Shown one piece after another: positions 23,964 through 36,157 of a stretch of 64,000 nt of DNA. Source of the DNA: Paramoeba atlantica (taxonomy: Eukaryota; Protista; Discosea); assembly GCA_977017575.1 (NCBI GenBank), contig CDRNVI010000059.1, positions 124,001-188,000 on the forward strand, given 5' to 3'. A program made the position numbers and the translations under genes. Position 1 is the first letter of the stretch; each line of letters opens with the position of its first letter. The notes beneath the pieces are model-generated. The model did not search any database. It was not told the origin of the DNA and saw only the letters and a list, made by a program, of their open reading frames with translations.

Positions 23964-24699
23964 TAAGTAATATTAATAAAAAATACCTTCCCAACTTAGT
24001 TAAGAAACAAAAAACAGGTCGCCCTCGCAAGCTTACCGAGGCATGCTCGAATCGCGTCCGCCGCCTTATCACCAGCGGAGGAAGGATGCAGTCGCTACTA
24101 GTAAACGGTTAAGAGATGAGGGAGTTGCAGGTATTTGACCTCAAACCATTCGGGTTTCCCTTCGGAAGCGTGGTTTGAAGGGGAAGAAGAAATTGCGGAA
24201 GCCCCACCTCACGAAGCGTCACAAAGCTCTACGTCTTGCTTTTGCAAAGAAGTACGGGCATTGGACGCACGCCGACTGGAGCCGTGTGCTCTTTACCGAT
24301 GAAAGTCAGATCTGCCGTTTTGAGTCGAATGGCGGCCGGTGGGCGTGGGTGAGCTTTGGGGAAGCACTTTCAGAGCGAAATACTCACAGCACCGTGAAGT
24401 ACGGTGGAGGATCCATCATGGTATGGGGGTGTATGATGGCTCACGGCGTGGGCCAATTATGTGTCCTAAACCGGCCCCCACAGTCTCCCGATTTAAATCC
24501 CATAGAGCACCTATGGGGCGAGCTCAAAAAGTCAACTGCGAATCACCCAGATCCTCCGGTAGGAATGTTGGAACTTTGGGAACGCGCCTAAAAAGCGTGG
24601 GCAGACCTTCCTCCGAGTGCATGTCTTCCTCTTGTCCGCAGCATGCCCCGTCGTTTAAGGGCAGTAATTAGGGCGAAGGGGGGACTTACGAAGTATTAA
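23858..24699 (+). mobile_element. Tc1-like transposase pseudogene
   Basis: HTH, GRPRKLT, KPHLT..H...RL.FA, W.RVLFTDES, VKYGGGSIMVWGC, PPQSPDLNPIEHLW, SMPRR..AVI.AKGG.TKY. Frameshift, internal deletion removing the second D, and an in-frame stop. Confidence 0.92.
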
Positions 24700-25196
24700 G
24701 CTTTGGTCATTTTGGTTTGGTAAGGGTGAAGTAAGACAAAGTTTTGGTCAAAAAAAAATAATCTCAAAAAAGTGAAAAAAGTGTTCAAGTGTTGGTCTCG
24801 CATTATATCTTTCATAGTCTTTTATAGTAAGATCGTTGATGAAGTCTAAGTACGTGGGAATGTAAGCACTACTCCAGCCTACACTACTATAATATACTAC
24901 TGCATTATCCTCTACATCTCTTTTGTAAAATATAAAAGCATTAAAATTTGTGAAAACATTTGAACACTTTTGTTAGTTACTGTAGTTATGAAGTTAGTTT
25001 CTTAGAGTTGTACAAAGCACGCCTCTTTTTTAAAAAAATAGCCAATATTTTTACGGCGCTTTCCACGCACAGTAATGCCCCGAAGAAATTTTCCTTGGCA
25101 TTTAGGCTATAGCCCTATTAAAAGGGGGTCACGTGTAGCCCTTCAATAGTATTCCATAGTGGAGGGCTGGTATAAATTACAAATTGTTTTTTCATC

Positions 25197-25510
25197 ATGT
25201 ACTGCATTTCTTTCCGCTTTGCGGGCGTGTCTCGAGCAGGTAAGGTACGTGGCGGCACCTTGCCGCAAGAATACATTTTATGGCAGAATTTAGGTAATGC
25301 GGTTCATAAAGAGACATCCTGGACCAGTCAGACGCCAACCTCTAAATGGAAGTATGTTTCATGCAATGCCCACAACGAAGTAACTCACTTGCTATGGTCA
25401 TTTGACTTACTTTTGTCCGAATGTCAGACACTTCAGGGTAAGCTCGTTTGGGAAAATATGCCTCGCACATTGTTGCATTTCGAAGCTAAGTATCAGGCAT
25501 TGTCTGGCCG
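25197..25510 (+). pseudogene. 3'-truncated LRR family member 6
   Basis: SRAGKVRGGTLPQEY, cap and first LRR, then an abrupt switch to unrelated sequence after YQALSG. Confidence 0.8.
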
Positions 25511-27473
25511 CGGGATGTGTGCATTCGCGCATCACGTTTTCTCGCGCTTTATCATTTCAAAAGAGCTCTGCATCCTGAATACTACCTCAAAAAATACCTA
25601 CACCGGACCCACTATTTTCGATCGTTTGGCGCCAACCTCCAGGTACTGTCTACACCCCCGCCATTGCAGAGGGGGTGGTCGAGGGGTCACCACCAGTGAC
25701 CTTGCAAAAGTCTTCTGTGGGTAACACAGGTTGCACTGGGTAGCACAGCGCACACAATATCACACTGGGTAACTGCAGTATCTCCATAGAGAGAACTATG
25801 AAATCGTAAACAGCAAAGCAGAAATAAGAGAAAGTAAATAGACTTCTAGGCCTGACAATAAACCAATAGGAGAGATCAATTGAGAAATTCGAAATAGTCG
25901 TAGGCTTTATTTCATTTAGGAATTTTGAGCATGGCGTTTGCGCGAGGTCGGGATTGGTGTCCCTTTTTCGGTGCAACTTTCGATGTCCTCTATTTCTTTA
26001 AAAGTCCCGTCCATGTTGGCCTTCGTCAGTGTCTCAAAGATTTCTAATTGGATGTAGTGGAGGAGAACCGTTTTCATCGCGCGGTCAAAACGGAGCTTGG
26101 AAGAGTGCAAGGTATGCACTAAACGGATCGTACATGCCATTAGTCAAGGATTCTTCCTGGAGTTTGAGCTTAGGTTCCGTCATGAGGACCAATGACTCAG
26201 GATTTTCAATGCGGAGTTTCCCTTCGGTATAGTCCTCGCGCATTTGGTCACAAGCTATAAAAGGGGTCTTTCGTGCTGCGAGAATTTTACACCGATACCC
26301 CAATGAAGCCTTCAGACGCTTGAAGCTCAATCCAAAGCTTCTTACATAGATCAGCAGGGTTCAAGGCCCTTTCATCAGTAGGGTTCAAGATGCCTTTCTT
26401 TCCGGAGATTCCATTGCCGCTGAGTTTACTTGCCCTGCAGGAGGATTAGCTTTCGTTATATCCACATGGTCGTTTACCTGCTTCAATAGAGTTTAAAAGC
26501 GAGCGACGTCTTCCGGAGACCAAGAAAGCCGAGCAGCAATCGCATTACAAAAATTTAGTCGCGATGGTTCTTCGCTTGACATGTCTAGGATCATTTCAAT
26601 GCTTTGAAAAAATTGGCTACACAAGGTATCTAAAATGCGGCAAGCAGTGGGAGTGAGCATTAAAACATTGATCTCCGTTGCCAAAAGCGAGTCGGGTAAC
26701 GCCCCCTGAATTCATACCAGGAAAAAATCCGCCTATATTTTTCCCACCATGTGCTGTATTCGTAACGCGCGGCGTATGGGCGGGATTGTTGATTACGTGT
26801 GGCGTAGGGGTAGCAGGAACTTAGTCGAATTGCGACTTCAGTACGACAAAAAATAATTATCATGCTTGGAGAACAACTTGCTCTGCCGGTACGAGCGATA
26901 TTTCCAGGAAAAGATTCTTCCACATGACAAGTAAACACCGTGCACGGGAAGATTAGGAAGGAGGGCCTTAAGTTATGGGCATAAATTCTATGGAAAGAAC
27001 TGCGTTTAGTCTAAAAGAAAATCCCACCGCTTCGCGGCAGGATGGTCGAATACTTGGTCCGCAGAATATGGCAGGATTGGCGGTTGCCTCCCTTCTCAGA
27101 GCGCGAACGAGGGCCTGCGTGCTAGAAATATGTGAAAGGGTGCCGACGATCATTTGCTCGTTCGTCCGGCGGAGGCAAATTTAAACAGAATGACGTTTTT
27201 GATAAAATTTAGTTTTTCTTAATACATCCATATGTACATGTTCACCTACATGTACGCCTTCGCAATACGATGTATGTACACATCCACACGTACTGTCAGT
27301 AAAATACCGAGGGGTATGGTAAGCTGGTTTATTCCCGCTAGCATACAACGTAGAATACGTAATTAATAGCCTTTCAAATCGCAAAGATTAAAGTCATTAG
27401 AGAAGTATGATTATGATCTGTTGACAGCTTAATTCAATATTAAGCCTCAACTCCTCCCCTTTGTTGGTGTGCT

Positions 27474-29459
27474 ATGACGGAATGCAAGGATTTCAGTATT
27501 CGTCGGGGAGTAGAAATTCTCCCTTTCGGTTACCAAATGTGTATCATTGTGTTGCTACCTATTCTTTTCAGGTACGGGTGGTACGTCGTTCAAGATTATC
27601 CGAATGTCTCTGTAAGGCTTGACTATTTGATCAATCCGATAGACCTTCGTCCGATGCTAAAAGTCACGTGGATTTTCGACCTTTTAGAACGTCTCTCTCT
27701 TCATGAGGTGCTTATCTGCACATTCATGGGTAGTTTTCTTCTTCATCGGGCTCTACAACGCAGAAAAGAGTTATCTGATGTTTTATTGCAGGCTGTAGAT
27801 TCCCCTGGAGAGGTGTCCGTTGCCACTCGATTGCTCTATTTGACTTTGACGTCTCACTTGCTGAGATACCTTACACATAGAGAGATGTTACGTTCCCCTC
27901 TGGAAGAATGGGGCTATTCTAACCAAGAAAATGCTTGCGAATCTTTCGACGTGGAAGAATACTTTCCCAGTCTTGACTCTTACATTGGACCCCTTAGTCA
28001 ATATCCAGAAAGCTTCATCCGTCACATTTCAGCAATCGGATGTGTCATGCTGGTTCCATGTACTGGGATTCTAAGTTCAATCGCATTTTCGCTCTTGGCA
28101 GCCACACTGTACGGATTATTGCGTCACGGTTTACACATGTCTGAAAGGCATAATCTCTTACGGTTCTGGCTGCATTGTAGCTTTTTTAACGCCATCTACG
28201 AAGTCGCATTATTTTTTCTGTCCAGTCCAGTAAACTCATTGATTGAAGAGGTCAGCGATAGTGAAAGCCTTCCAGCAATCGTGCACCCAACATGGGGTTG
28301 GTATGAAACAATAGTTATCAGTTTCCCTATTGTATTTCAACTGTGGTACAATTATCGTTTTGGTCCCAATTGCGCAGAAGTTGAAGACACAGGCGACGAT
28401 GGAAAGGTAAATGAGGACTCCCCACAGTCAACTCTCGCGAAAACGGAGAACGCGGTTGAAACGGATTATTTAGCTTACCCCACGGATAATGCCTTCCCCA
28501 TTAGGTCATTGGAGCCCACATCGGTTTCTGATAGCGAGTACCCCACAACTCAGTGTCCTGAACAACCCATGCCCCCTATCCGCGTATTGGATGCCTTTTA
28601 TTCTTTATGGCAGTTCATGCGGTGTACTCTGGTTGCGTACTTTACTACCGCACTCGTTGTCCTGATATTTTCAGCTGTCACCGTTTTGTTGCCCTTTGTG
28701 ACAGGATTCATCTACGTTATTTTTCTGTTTGTTTGGTATCCTGCTGCTTTATGTGTTCTAAACATGGACTTCATTGTGGTAGCGAGTGGTTGCGTTAGCT
28801 TAGCTCTGCAATTTGTTTTGCAGCTCCGATCGATCGATACTTGCTTGTGTTTCATTTTACTCTTGCTTGTCACGGTACTCTTTGCGGAACTCGTTCACCT
28901 TGCAAGAGGGCTACACACCCATTATTCCCTTTTTATTGTTTTCGAATGTTTCATCGCTTTCCCGTTAGTGTTAAGCTGGACAACTTCAGTATTCAAGGAG
29001 TATTCTGTTCTGCCGTTCTTAAAAGAGAGTATAGGAATGGTTCCTTTTCCAATGGAATGTTCGGCTGAGTCCTCTTTAATGTTAAACTTCTTGTACATTT
29101 ACAGCGCTATTTTGGGCCTTCTTACCTTTGTACACGTACTTAGTTCATATTTCCTCAGGCTCCCGCAATTTCCTACCTATACATTTCTAAAGAAGGAGCT
29201 GTCGATATCACTCCTCAAAGTGATTTGTATGTCACTGTTATGTACAGGGTTTGCGTATTTTTCGCAATATTTTTCGCAATATGTGTTTTCGATTCCTGAT
29301 CTCGGAATCTTGCTTCTGAATATATGCCACGGCTTTATGTTGCTAGGCATACAAAGAGAAAGACAAGAAGATATCCGCAATGCACTTTCCCGTATGTGTG
29401 GATACCATCGAGCACCTTCATCTCGAAGTCATCAAATGCACTACTCCGAACTCATGTAA
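27474..29459 (+). CDS. Multi-pass membrane protein, unknown family
   Basis: 661-codon ORF with many hydrophobic segments and a central acidic loop. Confidence 0.75.
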   Translation: MTECKDFSIRRGVEILPFGYQMCIIVLLPILFRYGWYVVQDYPNVSVRLDYLINPIDLRPMLKVTWIFDLLERLSLHEVLICTFMGSFLLHRALQRRKELSDVLLQAVDSPGEVSVATRLLYLTLTSHLLRYLTHREMLRSPLEEWGYSNQENACESFDVEEYFPSLDSYIGPLSQYPESFIRHISAIGCVMLVPCTGILSSIAFSLLAATLYGLLRHGLHMSERHNLLRFWLHCSFFNAIYEVALFFLSSPVNSLIEEVSDSESLPAIVHPTWGWYETIVISFPIVFQLWYNYRFGPNCAEVEDTGDDGKVNEDSPQSTLAKTENAVETDYLAYPTDNAFPIRSLEPTSVSDSEYPTTQCPEQPMPPIRVLDAFYSLWQFMRCTLVAYFTTALVVLIFSAVTVLLPFVTGFIYVIFLFVWYPAALCVLNMDFIVVASGCVSLALQFVLQLRSIDTCLCFILLLLVTVLFAELVHLARGLHTHYSLFIVFECFIAFPLVLSWTTSVFKEYSVLPFLKESIGMVPFPMECSAESSLMLNFLYIYSAILGLLTFVHVLSSYFLRLPQFPTYTFLKKELSISLLKVICMSLLCTGFAYFSQYFSQYVFSIPDLGILLLNICHGFMLLGIQRERQEDIRNALSRMCGYHRAPSSRSHQMHYSELM

Positions 29460-29824
29460 AACTGGATTGTATTTTCGCATTTATCAGGAAAATGGGGTCC
29501 ATAATTATGGCGTGCACTTTTTACCGCGGTGATGCGCACTTTTGACTGATGCGAATGACGGAATATCATATCGCCACGAAAATCCCATATGAACGAAAAT
29601 CCACGTATGGAACGTATTGAGCGATTTTGATACTATTATGACGCAAAAGTACAATAGCATTCCTCCACTATGTACAGGATTATTCTTTGTATAATACAAG
29701 AAACTTTACACACAAAGTCAGTGTATTTTATACTTTATGTAACTCCTGACAAATAATGAGGTAAATTCAAAAGTTAAGAAAGAAATCCGTGTAGTTTGTC
29801 TCTGTTTTTACACCTTTCCCCGTC

Positions 29825-30544
29825 ATGATCACACCACGTTTTATCGCCCAGGATCCGCACCGTCGCGCTGCCAAGGTCCGTGGTGCCTCTCTCCCCCAGG
29901 AAGTCCTACTCTCCCAACTTATACACAACATCTCGTATTGCCCCGAAGCTTGGAATTCAACAAACTCGGTTCACGCGTGGCCGGGTGTCATGACCGATAT
30001 TGCCGGGGATGTGCTATGGCTGGAATGGGGAGCTATGGGACTCGACGGGACTCTGGCCTGGGAGGCGCTACCCCAAAGTCTCGCAAAGGTGGATCTCACG
30101 GGAAACTTCCTCAAGGGGGAGGTACCATTAGAAGTTCTACCCCGCGATCTACAAGATTTTCATATTGCGAAGAATTCCTTTCACGGTGATCTGTGTATCG
30201 CCGAGCTTCCACGCACATTGCAAGTGCTGGATGTCTCGGATAACTGCTTCGGCGGTACGCTTTCCTTGGAGGCGTTACCTCCGACACTAACGCATGCATA
30301 TGTTAGTATGAACCAGTTTACTGGGGTAGTAAACGTCGAAGCCTTGCCTTCGACTCTTCAAGATCTCTATTTAGGTGGAAACGACTTTTTTGGAACACTT
30401 GATCTCCGCTCCGCAAATCCCGGGACTGTCATCAATCTCTCGGTTAACCGATTTGACACGATTCTTCTAACAAAGGAAAATAAAGCGAGTTTTTATATTG
30501 GCACTCAACCGCGCGGTCTGAAAATAGTTGAATATGAAGGGTAG
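29825..30544 (+). CDS. LRR family protein 7
   Basis: AQDPHRRAAKVRGASLPQE motif, W...W.GV cap, about 6 LRRs. Confidence 0.9.
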   Translation: MITPRFIAQDPHRRAAKVRGASLPQEVLLSQLIHNISYCPEAWNSTNSVHAWPGVMTDIAGDVLWLEWGAMGLDGTLAWEALPQSLAKVDLTGNFLKGEVPLEVLPRDLQDFHIAKNSFHGDLCIAELPRTLQVLDVSDNCFGGTLSLEALPPTLTHAYVSMNQFTGVVNVEALPSTLQDLYLGGNDFFGTLDLRSANPGTVINLSVNRFDTILLTKENKASFYIGTQPRGLKIVEYEG

Positions 30545-30661
30545 GAGGTCAAGATGAGATGTTTATCGCGTTGGTTATATAACTACCGCTCTGACCTCAA
30601 TTATTGAAAATGAATAAAAATCGTGCAAAAATGAAGAGGAACTCAGTAACTCATGCATGTA

Positions 30662-30971
30662 CCGTAGACCCCACCGAGTAATAGACCCCACCCCCCCAGT
30701 AACAAGGATTTGACCCTTTTTCGGCTGACGCCCAGTAACAAGGATTTGTCTAGGGAGGGTCGTTGGAGGGGGGGTCTCGACGGGTGGGGGTGGCTGGGCG
30801 GGGTGAGGGCGGTTGCGAGGAAGCGAATGGCGTGTTTGCGGGGTTGGATGGGCTGAAAATCAACGCACTCATTAACAAAAAAGTCCTTTTTCACTCAAAA
30901 AGTATACCCCCCAATAACAAGGATGTCGTCATTTTGGCCCAAAATCGATTCTATTACTGGGGGATATACGT
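30662..30971. mobile_element. pogo-type MITE
   Basis: TA|CCGTAG.CCCC..GTAATAGA left end with an imperfect inverted right end. Repeated CCCAGTAACAAGGAT. Confidence 0.5.
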
Positions 30972-31999
30972 TAAATGTATATTGTCGAAAGTACCGTGCG
31001 TTACTTAATTGCTCTTAATTACCGTTTTTTCCTAATTGCGGTTAATCTATTTAAGATTCAATTAACATTTTCGCCATCCAACGCGGCAACGCTCACATGC
31101 TGAGAGCGGCCTCAGGGGAGCAGGACGGTGGGCGGCGCGGGTAAAGGGGGCTTTGTGGTGACTGTATTTCTCTGAACATTTTTATTTGCCGACCAATATA
31201 TTTTTTATGCGCCATGTGACCGGAATATCAGGATGCAGAAAGCCTCCTGGGCGAAGAATAGATCGACTGGCATTCCTCGTGCAATGTGGAATGCGCCAAC
31301 ATGTTGCGACACAGTATCAGATAAATGTATTACGAGGGGCTTGGGAACATTATAGCTCAGATTATGACTTAAACCGGGGGTCAGTCTAATATTAGGATTG
31401 GAAATGCTAATATTAAGATTGGAAAGATGCTAATACTAAGATTGGACACGAATCTTAATATTAAAGTGACATCTTAAAGTGTCCAAAAAATGAATCTTAA
31501 TATTAAAGTGTCGTCATTTTTACAGTATTTACTGTATTTTGATGCGAATCTGAGGGCTACGGGGAACGCAACGATGATGCGGATACCACTAGGAGAAAGC
31601 GGCAACGAACTTTCGAATCTAGCGGGTATAAGATGCACGATATTGATGATTCATTGTTATCGTTTCATTGACATTGAAATTCGTTGCGGTCAATGTATAC
31701 CCGATTTTCCCTATTTACGGAATTTCTTAATTTCGGTTAACCGATTTTAGGTTAAATTTTAATAAAATCAACGAAACTTTCACCGTTAACCGTAATTAAG
31801 AAATTCCGTAATTACCGTAGAAACTTCAATTAAGGGTAATTAATTAAGGGTAATTAGAATTAAAGCAACTTTAATTAAGGCAATAATTAATGTTTTGTCA
31901 TTTTGCGGCAACAATTAGGAAAAATGCAATTTAATAATTCCGTCTCAGATTTCTCCTTTCAATAGTCGTTCAATGATTTTTAGCTTGCGCGCAGAAGGT

Positions 32000-32440
32000 A
32001 CGCAAGTAGCCCAAACGGTTGCGGTGACGACTCGAAAAAATAACTTATCCGAAATTTTAATGCACCAGATCGCACTGCTGGTTCTCTTGTCCCCGGAATT
32101 ACAGAGCTAGCCGCAGGAGAACGTACCAGAATTTGGACAGACGGCGCTCGTCACAATATTCGTCTCGGGCAGAACTACAAGTGGGAAAGCGTCAACCACC
32201 GTCAACAGTGGGTCACAGAGGAAGGTGTGCACACAAACACTGTGGAGTGTGCGAACTCAATCGTCAAGAAGCGTTCAAAGCGTGAAGGTGGTGTGTTGGA
32301 CAGGAAAGCCGCCCGGAGAGAAGATCTGGTACAGGCCTACGCAGAGCAAGGAAGCGGAAGTTTGAAGTGTAATGGGGGGGATGCTTTGTTGCGCGTGCTT
32401 GAAATTTTAAAAGACCATTGCGCTTGCGTATATGTATAGT
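32000..32440 (+). mobile_element. Merlin / IS1595-like transposase fragment
   Basis: RIWTDGARH...WESVNHRQQWVTEEGVHTNTVECANSIVKKR matches the IS1595 TD...VNH...HTN.IE..K motifs. Confidence 0.8.
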
Positions 32441-33019
32441 GTCCGCTTTTTAAGTCCAAAGTTGTCAGTGATTACACATTTTTTGAGCAATTTTTGAACA
32501 GATTTATGAAAAAAACGAAAAAATCGAATTTTGCTTCAGTTTAGCCCCTTTCAATGATCGTTTTAGCTTTTCTCTCACACAGTTGAACTGGTTGACGACC
32601 ATAAAGGGGGGCAAAACAGGCGAAACTCGTCTAGAAAAGTTCAAAAAACACGATAAATGATCAGAAATTGAACATTTTTAACATAAATGTGATATTTATG
32701 CTACAAACGACAGTATTTACATAGAATTTTTTCGGGCTTTTAGAGGGCTGAAACCACCTGGGTTTGCCTAGGTTTGCCTGGGTTCGCTAATTTTCTATAT
32801 TGTATTAGGCAACTCAGTTTCTTCCTTGACGAAAAGCACAGTGTATTCTTTGTGCTTTTTTCGCAAAATAAGTAACTTATTTTTCTTAGATTTTGTATTT
32901 ATCCTGAACATACCACAATAGAATGCTACATCTATGATCTTCCGCCTGACGACGATGAGTTTGTCGTAAATGAGTTTTCCTCTCTGGATTCCGAGAAATA
33001 TGTCTCCCTCAGAAAATGG

Positions 33020-33820
33020 GTGGTGTTTACGTTGCGAGAAACGTTTCGCATCCCTCTTGTCCGGACGGAAAGCACGATGCAATGGCTCCGCATGAGCAAG
33101 GCGGAAAGAAACGCCATGAAGTACGCTCCAGAACTCATGTATCGCATGGAAGACAATATTGTCTCTCTGTGCGTCAAGTGGGTGACAGACAGGCTTCGCC
33201 TGATTTCTGATGCCGAGAGCAACGCGTCAGAAACACTATGTAACGTCAGAATTGACGGTGACATTCTGATTCATGGATTAGTCATTCTCACTAAAGCCCG
33301 TACGACGGGACTGCTCTACTTCAAGGATTCCGAGCGTTCCGAAATTCACGGCATTCGAGAGGAGGAGATGCCTGCGTATTGGCGTTGGAAGGTGACCGAG
33401 ACTTGGTCCTTGGCAATTGAGGATCTACCTGCGGAAAGCATGGCCACTCACATGGTAGCTTTCTTGAAAGAAAGGTATAAAGGCGTATTCGAGAGTTCGA
33501 AGCGCGATCGAGAGCAATTAAGTGAGTGGTTTAGGGCCATGTGGCGAAGCTTGCGCGGTCACAACGTTCAAAGTGGTCAAAACTACCGTGATCGAAGCAA
33601 GAAACTGAAAGATAAAGTTGAAGAATGTTGTGACGTTTTATCACGGACTGTGACTGATGTAAAGAGAATCGTTGTGGAAGTGGAAGAGCTGCGTAAGGAA
33701 GTAAGTACTTTGAAAAACGAAGTTTGTTGTCTTGAATGCGAAAATAAACGAGATGACTCGAAAAGTGTAGAAAGTAGTTCAAAAAGGCACAAGCCTTACA
33801 GTCTCACGGGTATTCGCTAA
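33020..33820 (+). CDS. Orphan ORF with C-terminal coiled coil, candidate second ORF of the Harbinger-like element
   Basis: 266 codons, heptad-like C-terminus, directly upstream of and co-oriented with a DDE_Tnp_4 transposase. Confidence 0.55.
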   Translation: MVFTLRETFRIPLVRTESTMQWLRMSKAERNAMKYAPELMYRMEDNIVSLCVKWVTDRLRLISDAESNASETLCNVRIDGDILIHGLVILTKARTTGLLYFKDSERSEIHGIREEEMPAYWRWKVTETWSLAIEDLPAESMATHMVAFLKERYKGVFESSKRDREQLSEWFRAMWRSLRGHNVQSGQNYRDRSKKLKDKVEECCDVLSRTVTDVKRIVVEVEELRKEVSTLKNEVCCLECENKRDDSKSVESSSKRHKPYSLTGIR

Positions 33821-33967
33821 AGATCACTAAAGATACGAAATTTTTGAAGGAAGCAAAGCACGCTTTCTGGACCAGACCTGTGGAAGTACAGTGTGTATAC
33901 TTGTAACGTACATGCATGTATTCTTGTGTAACCCCGTCACATCATATTTTTATGTTGTCATACTTTT

Positions 33968-35093
33968 ATGTCATTTCTCAAAACTTTAATGCTGTTACAG
34001 ATCAATAAGGTTTGTCGTGAACTAACCGGGTACTCGCACGAAGTGGTTGAAGTGCTTTCACATCGTTTGCACTGTGACTTCCTCAGCGTTTGTTGTGCCT
34101 CGGCGACGGCCCACCTTAACCTCACGCATGCGCAGGCCTCTGTTGTGCTCGCTCCATATTTGGGTGAGTATTTGTCCCCTACATGGGTGTGGAAAAAGAA
34201 TGTTCTTCCTGTCTTAAAGGCTTCTGATCGGGTTGGAGACTTGGCAAGAACGGAAAGACGTTATACCGTGCGAGAACCAAATTTTATATTGTGCACTAGC
34301 ATCGTAGATGGGCTTCCGTTGTACAGCAGAGGGTCTAGCGAGCTCTACAACGGCATGTAAGTATTGGTCGTTTCAAGTATTAATCATGATGGACGGATGC
34401 CCTCTTTTTTGGAGTGGGCCGTTTGAGGGTCGATCCCACGACAGTGAGTGTCTGGCAAGAGCGGGAATTCCAGGATTTTTTCATCGCGTCGATGAATTAG
34501 TTATGGCTGACAAGGCCTATAAAAATGTTCGACACTGTCTTTGTCAGGAAATCGGATCCAACATAGATGAAGTCTATGACATGAAGTTTCGTAGGATCCG
34601 AAACAGAGTCGAACGCTTCATTGCTCTCTTAAAGCAGCATCAATTTTTCTATAAAAATCGTCATAAGAAGCACGTTCTACGTTCATTCTTTGGCTTGCTA
34701 TGGAACGCTGAGTGCATTCACTGGGAAGTCGAAAAGCCAAATCTTTACCCCGATTCCGTGGAACACTTAAAGGAAAGTGATTCGCGAGTCGGTGAGTGGA
34801 AGACACGAAGTTTCTGCTCCTGTAAGTTTCATAAGGATGATAAAGAAGATCAAGCGTATATCAAAAAGTATCGCGATCATACTAAACTACTAGTTCATAT
34901 GGCCGGAGTGCGCCCTGGTAAATGTCCTGCACACGGGTTAAAAGGAAAAACTACGTATGAGAGATTGATGAAGAGCGCGATAAAGGAGAGAGATTTTGAA
35001 ATAAGAAATCAGAAAAGAATTGATCAGCAGGAACGAAGGAAACAAAGCAAACGACTTAATCGTCAAGCTCTTTCGGAATTCCATAATGAATGA
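33968..35093 (+). mobile_element. PIF/Harbinger-like transposase, frameshifted
   Basis: SIVDG (D), GPFEGRSHD (D), MADKAY, R.RNRVERFIALLK (E). Small deletion at about 34355 relative to the 20008 paralog splits the ORF. Confidence 0.8.
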
Positions 35094-35783
35094 AATAATT
35101 AGAAGAAATCACAAGAAACGGCCGCAGAAGAATCACAATGTGGGGTTTTGGGGTGACGTTTTGTGGTTTAGGCCAGGGTCGATAGTTCATTTTGCTCGCC
35201 CTTGTTGTCTGTTCCCCAGCTCTGTTGCAAGAGCAAACAACATTTTCGACAAGAATGTGGATGTCCCATCTGCTGAGGAGCCGTTTTTCAAGCTTTCACG
35301 TAAAGAGTGGTTCCCCTGGCAAAGAGCTTTGCCGCCATTTTTTTCATGTATCCCCTGGGTAAAAACGCCAGGGAAACTGGTGCAACCGGGGCTTGGGCGC
35401 TTATTGGATAGCAGCAACTCCGTGCATCACAAACCATTGTTCTTCGTTGTGAATAAGTGCGTGGCCGGACTTCTCAGGGTGTTACCGTAGACTGCCCCCT
35501 AGTACCATACCTTAGTACCTTAGTACCATACCTTGGTATCTTTAGTACCATACCTGTGAGTCCAGTAAGAGAGATTAGGCCCTTTTTGGGCTGAGCCCCA
35601 GTAAGGGAGATTTGGTTCGATTGGCTGAGCCAGTGGGGGTGACTGGACGGGGGAGCGTGGTTGGGCGAGGTGACGGTACTTGGGCGGGCGGTGATGTCTT
35701 TTTTAGACGCTTCAAATAGCCGTATGAACCTGCAAATGCCGTAAAAAGATTTGAAAAGATATTTGAATCATTTGTGAATTGCA

Positions 35784-36050
35784 TTATTCCATCGAGTAAT
35801 GAATAGTTGAGTGCTCTGACATCCGCCGTCCTCGTCGAAGGCATGGGACTAGATCTGTTCCTTCGTGAGTCAAGTGCCCAGCGCATCCATGTCGCAGGCA
35901 ATGAAACGACCATGTCCGTTGTTGATTCCATTTAACCTGATGAGCAATGCGTGAAGCATAGGGGAGTGGAACCCCAGGAAAGACAAACCCCATGGTGGAA
36001 AAGAAAGGGCAACAATAAGTGTCGGCAGCGCCTTTCTCGTCAAAACTAAA
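35784..36050 (-). mobile_element. Tyrosine recombinase C-terminal fragment (DIRS/VIPER/TATE/Crypton-like)
   Basis: FVFPG.P..Y......VK......WSFHCLRHGCAGHL...G........GR.MS.HSTIHY contains the HxxR and terminal Y motifs. Confidence 0.72.
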
Positions 36051-36157
36051 AAAATAAACTTTTTTTTATATTCTGTTATTACATAGCCCACTGAGACATT
36101 TTTTGTGTGACACTTACTTCAAGCTCTACTTTTTTGCAAGCAGAATATTTTTTTCAT

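Noticed and set aside
31000-31930. AT-rich TAATTAAG/AATATTAAG repeat region as a regulatory array
   Set aside because: The motifs recur in MITE-like sequences at 1521-1737 and about 6180-6250. Most simply TE subterminal debris.
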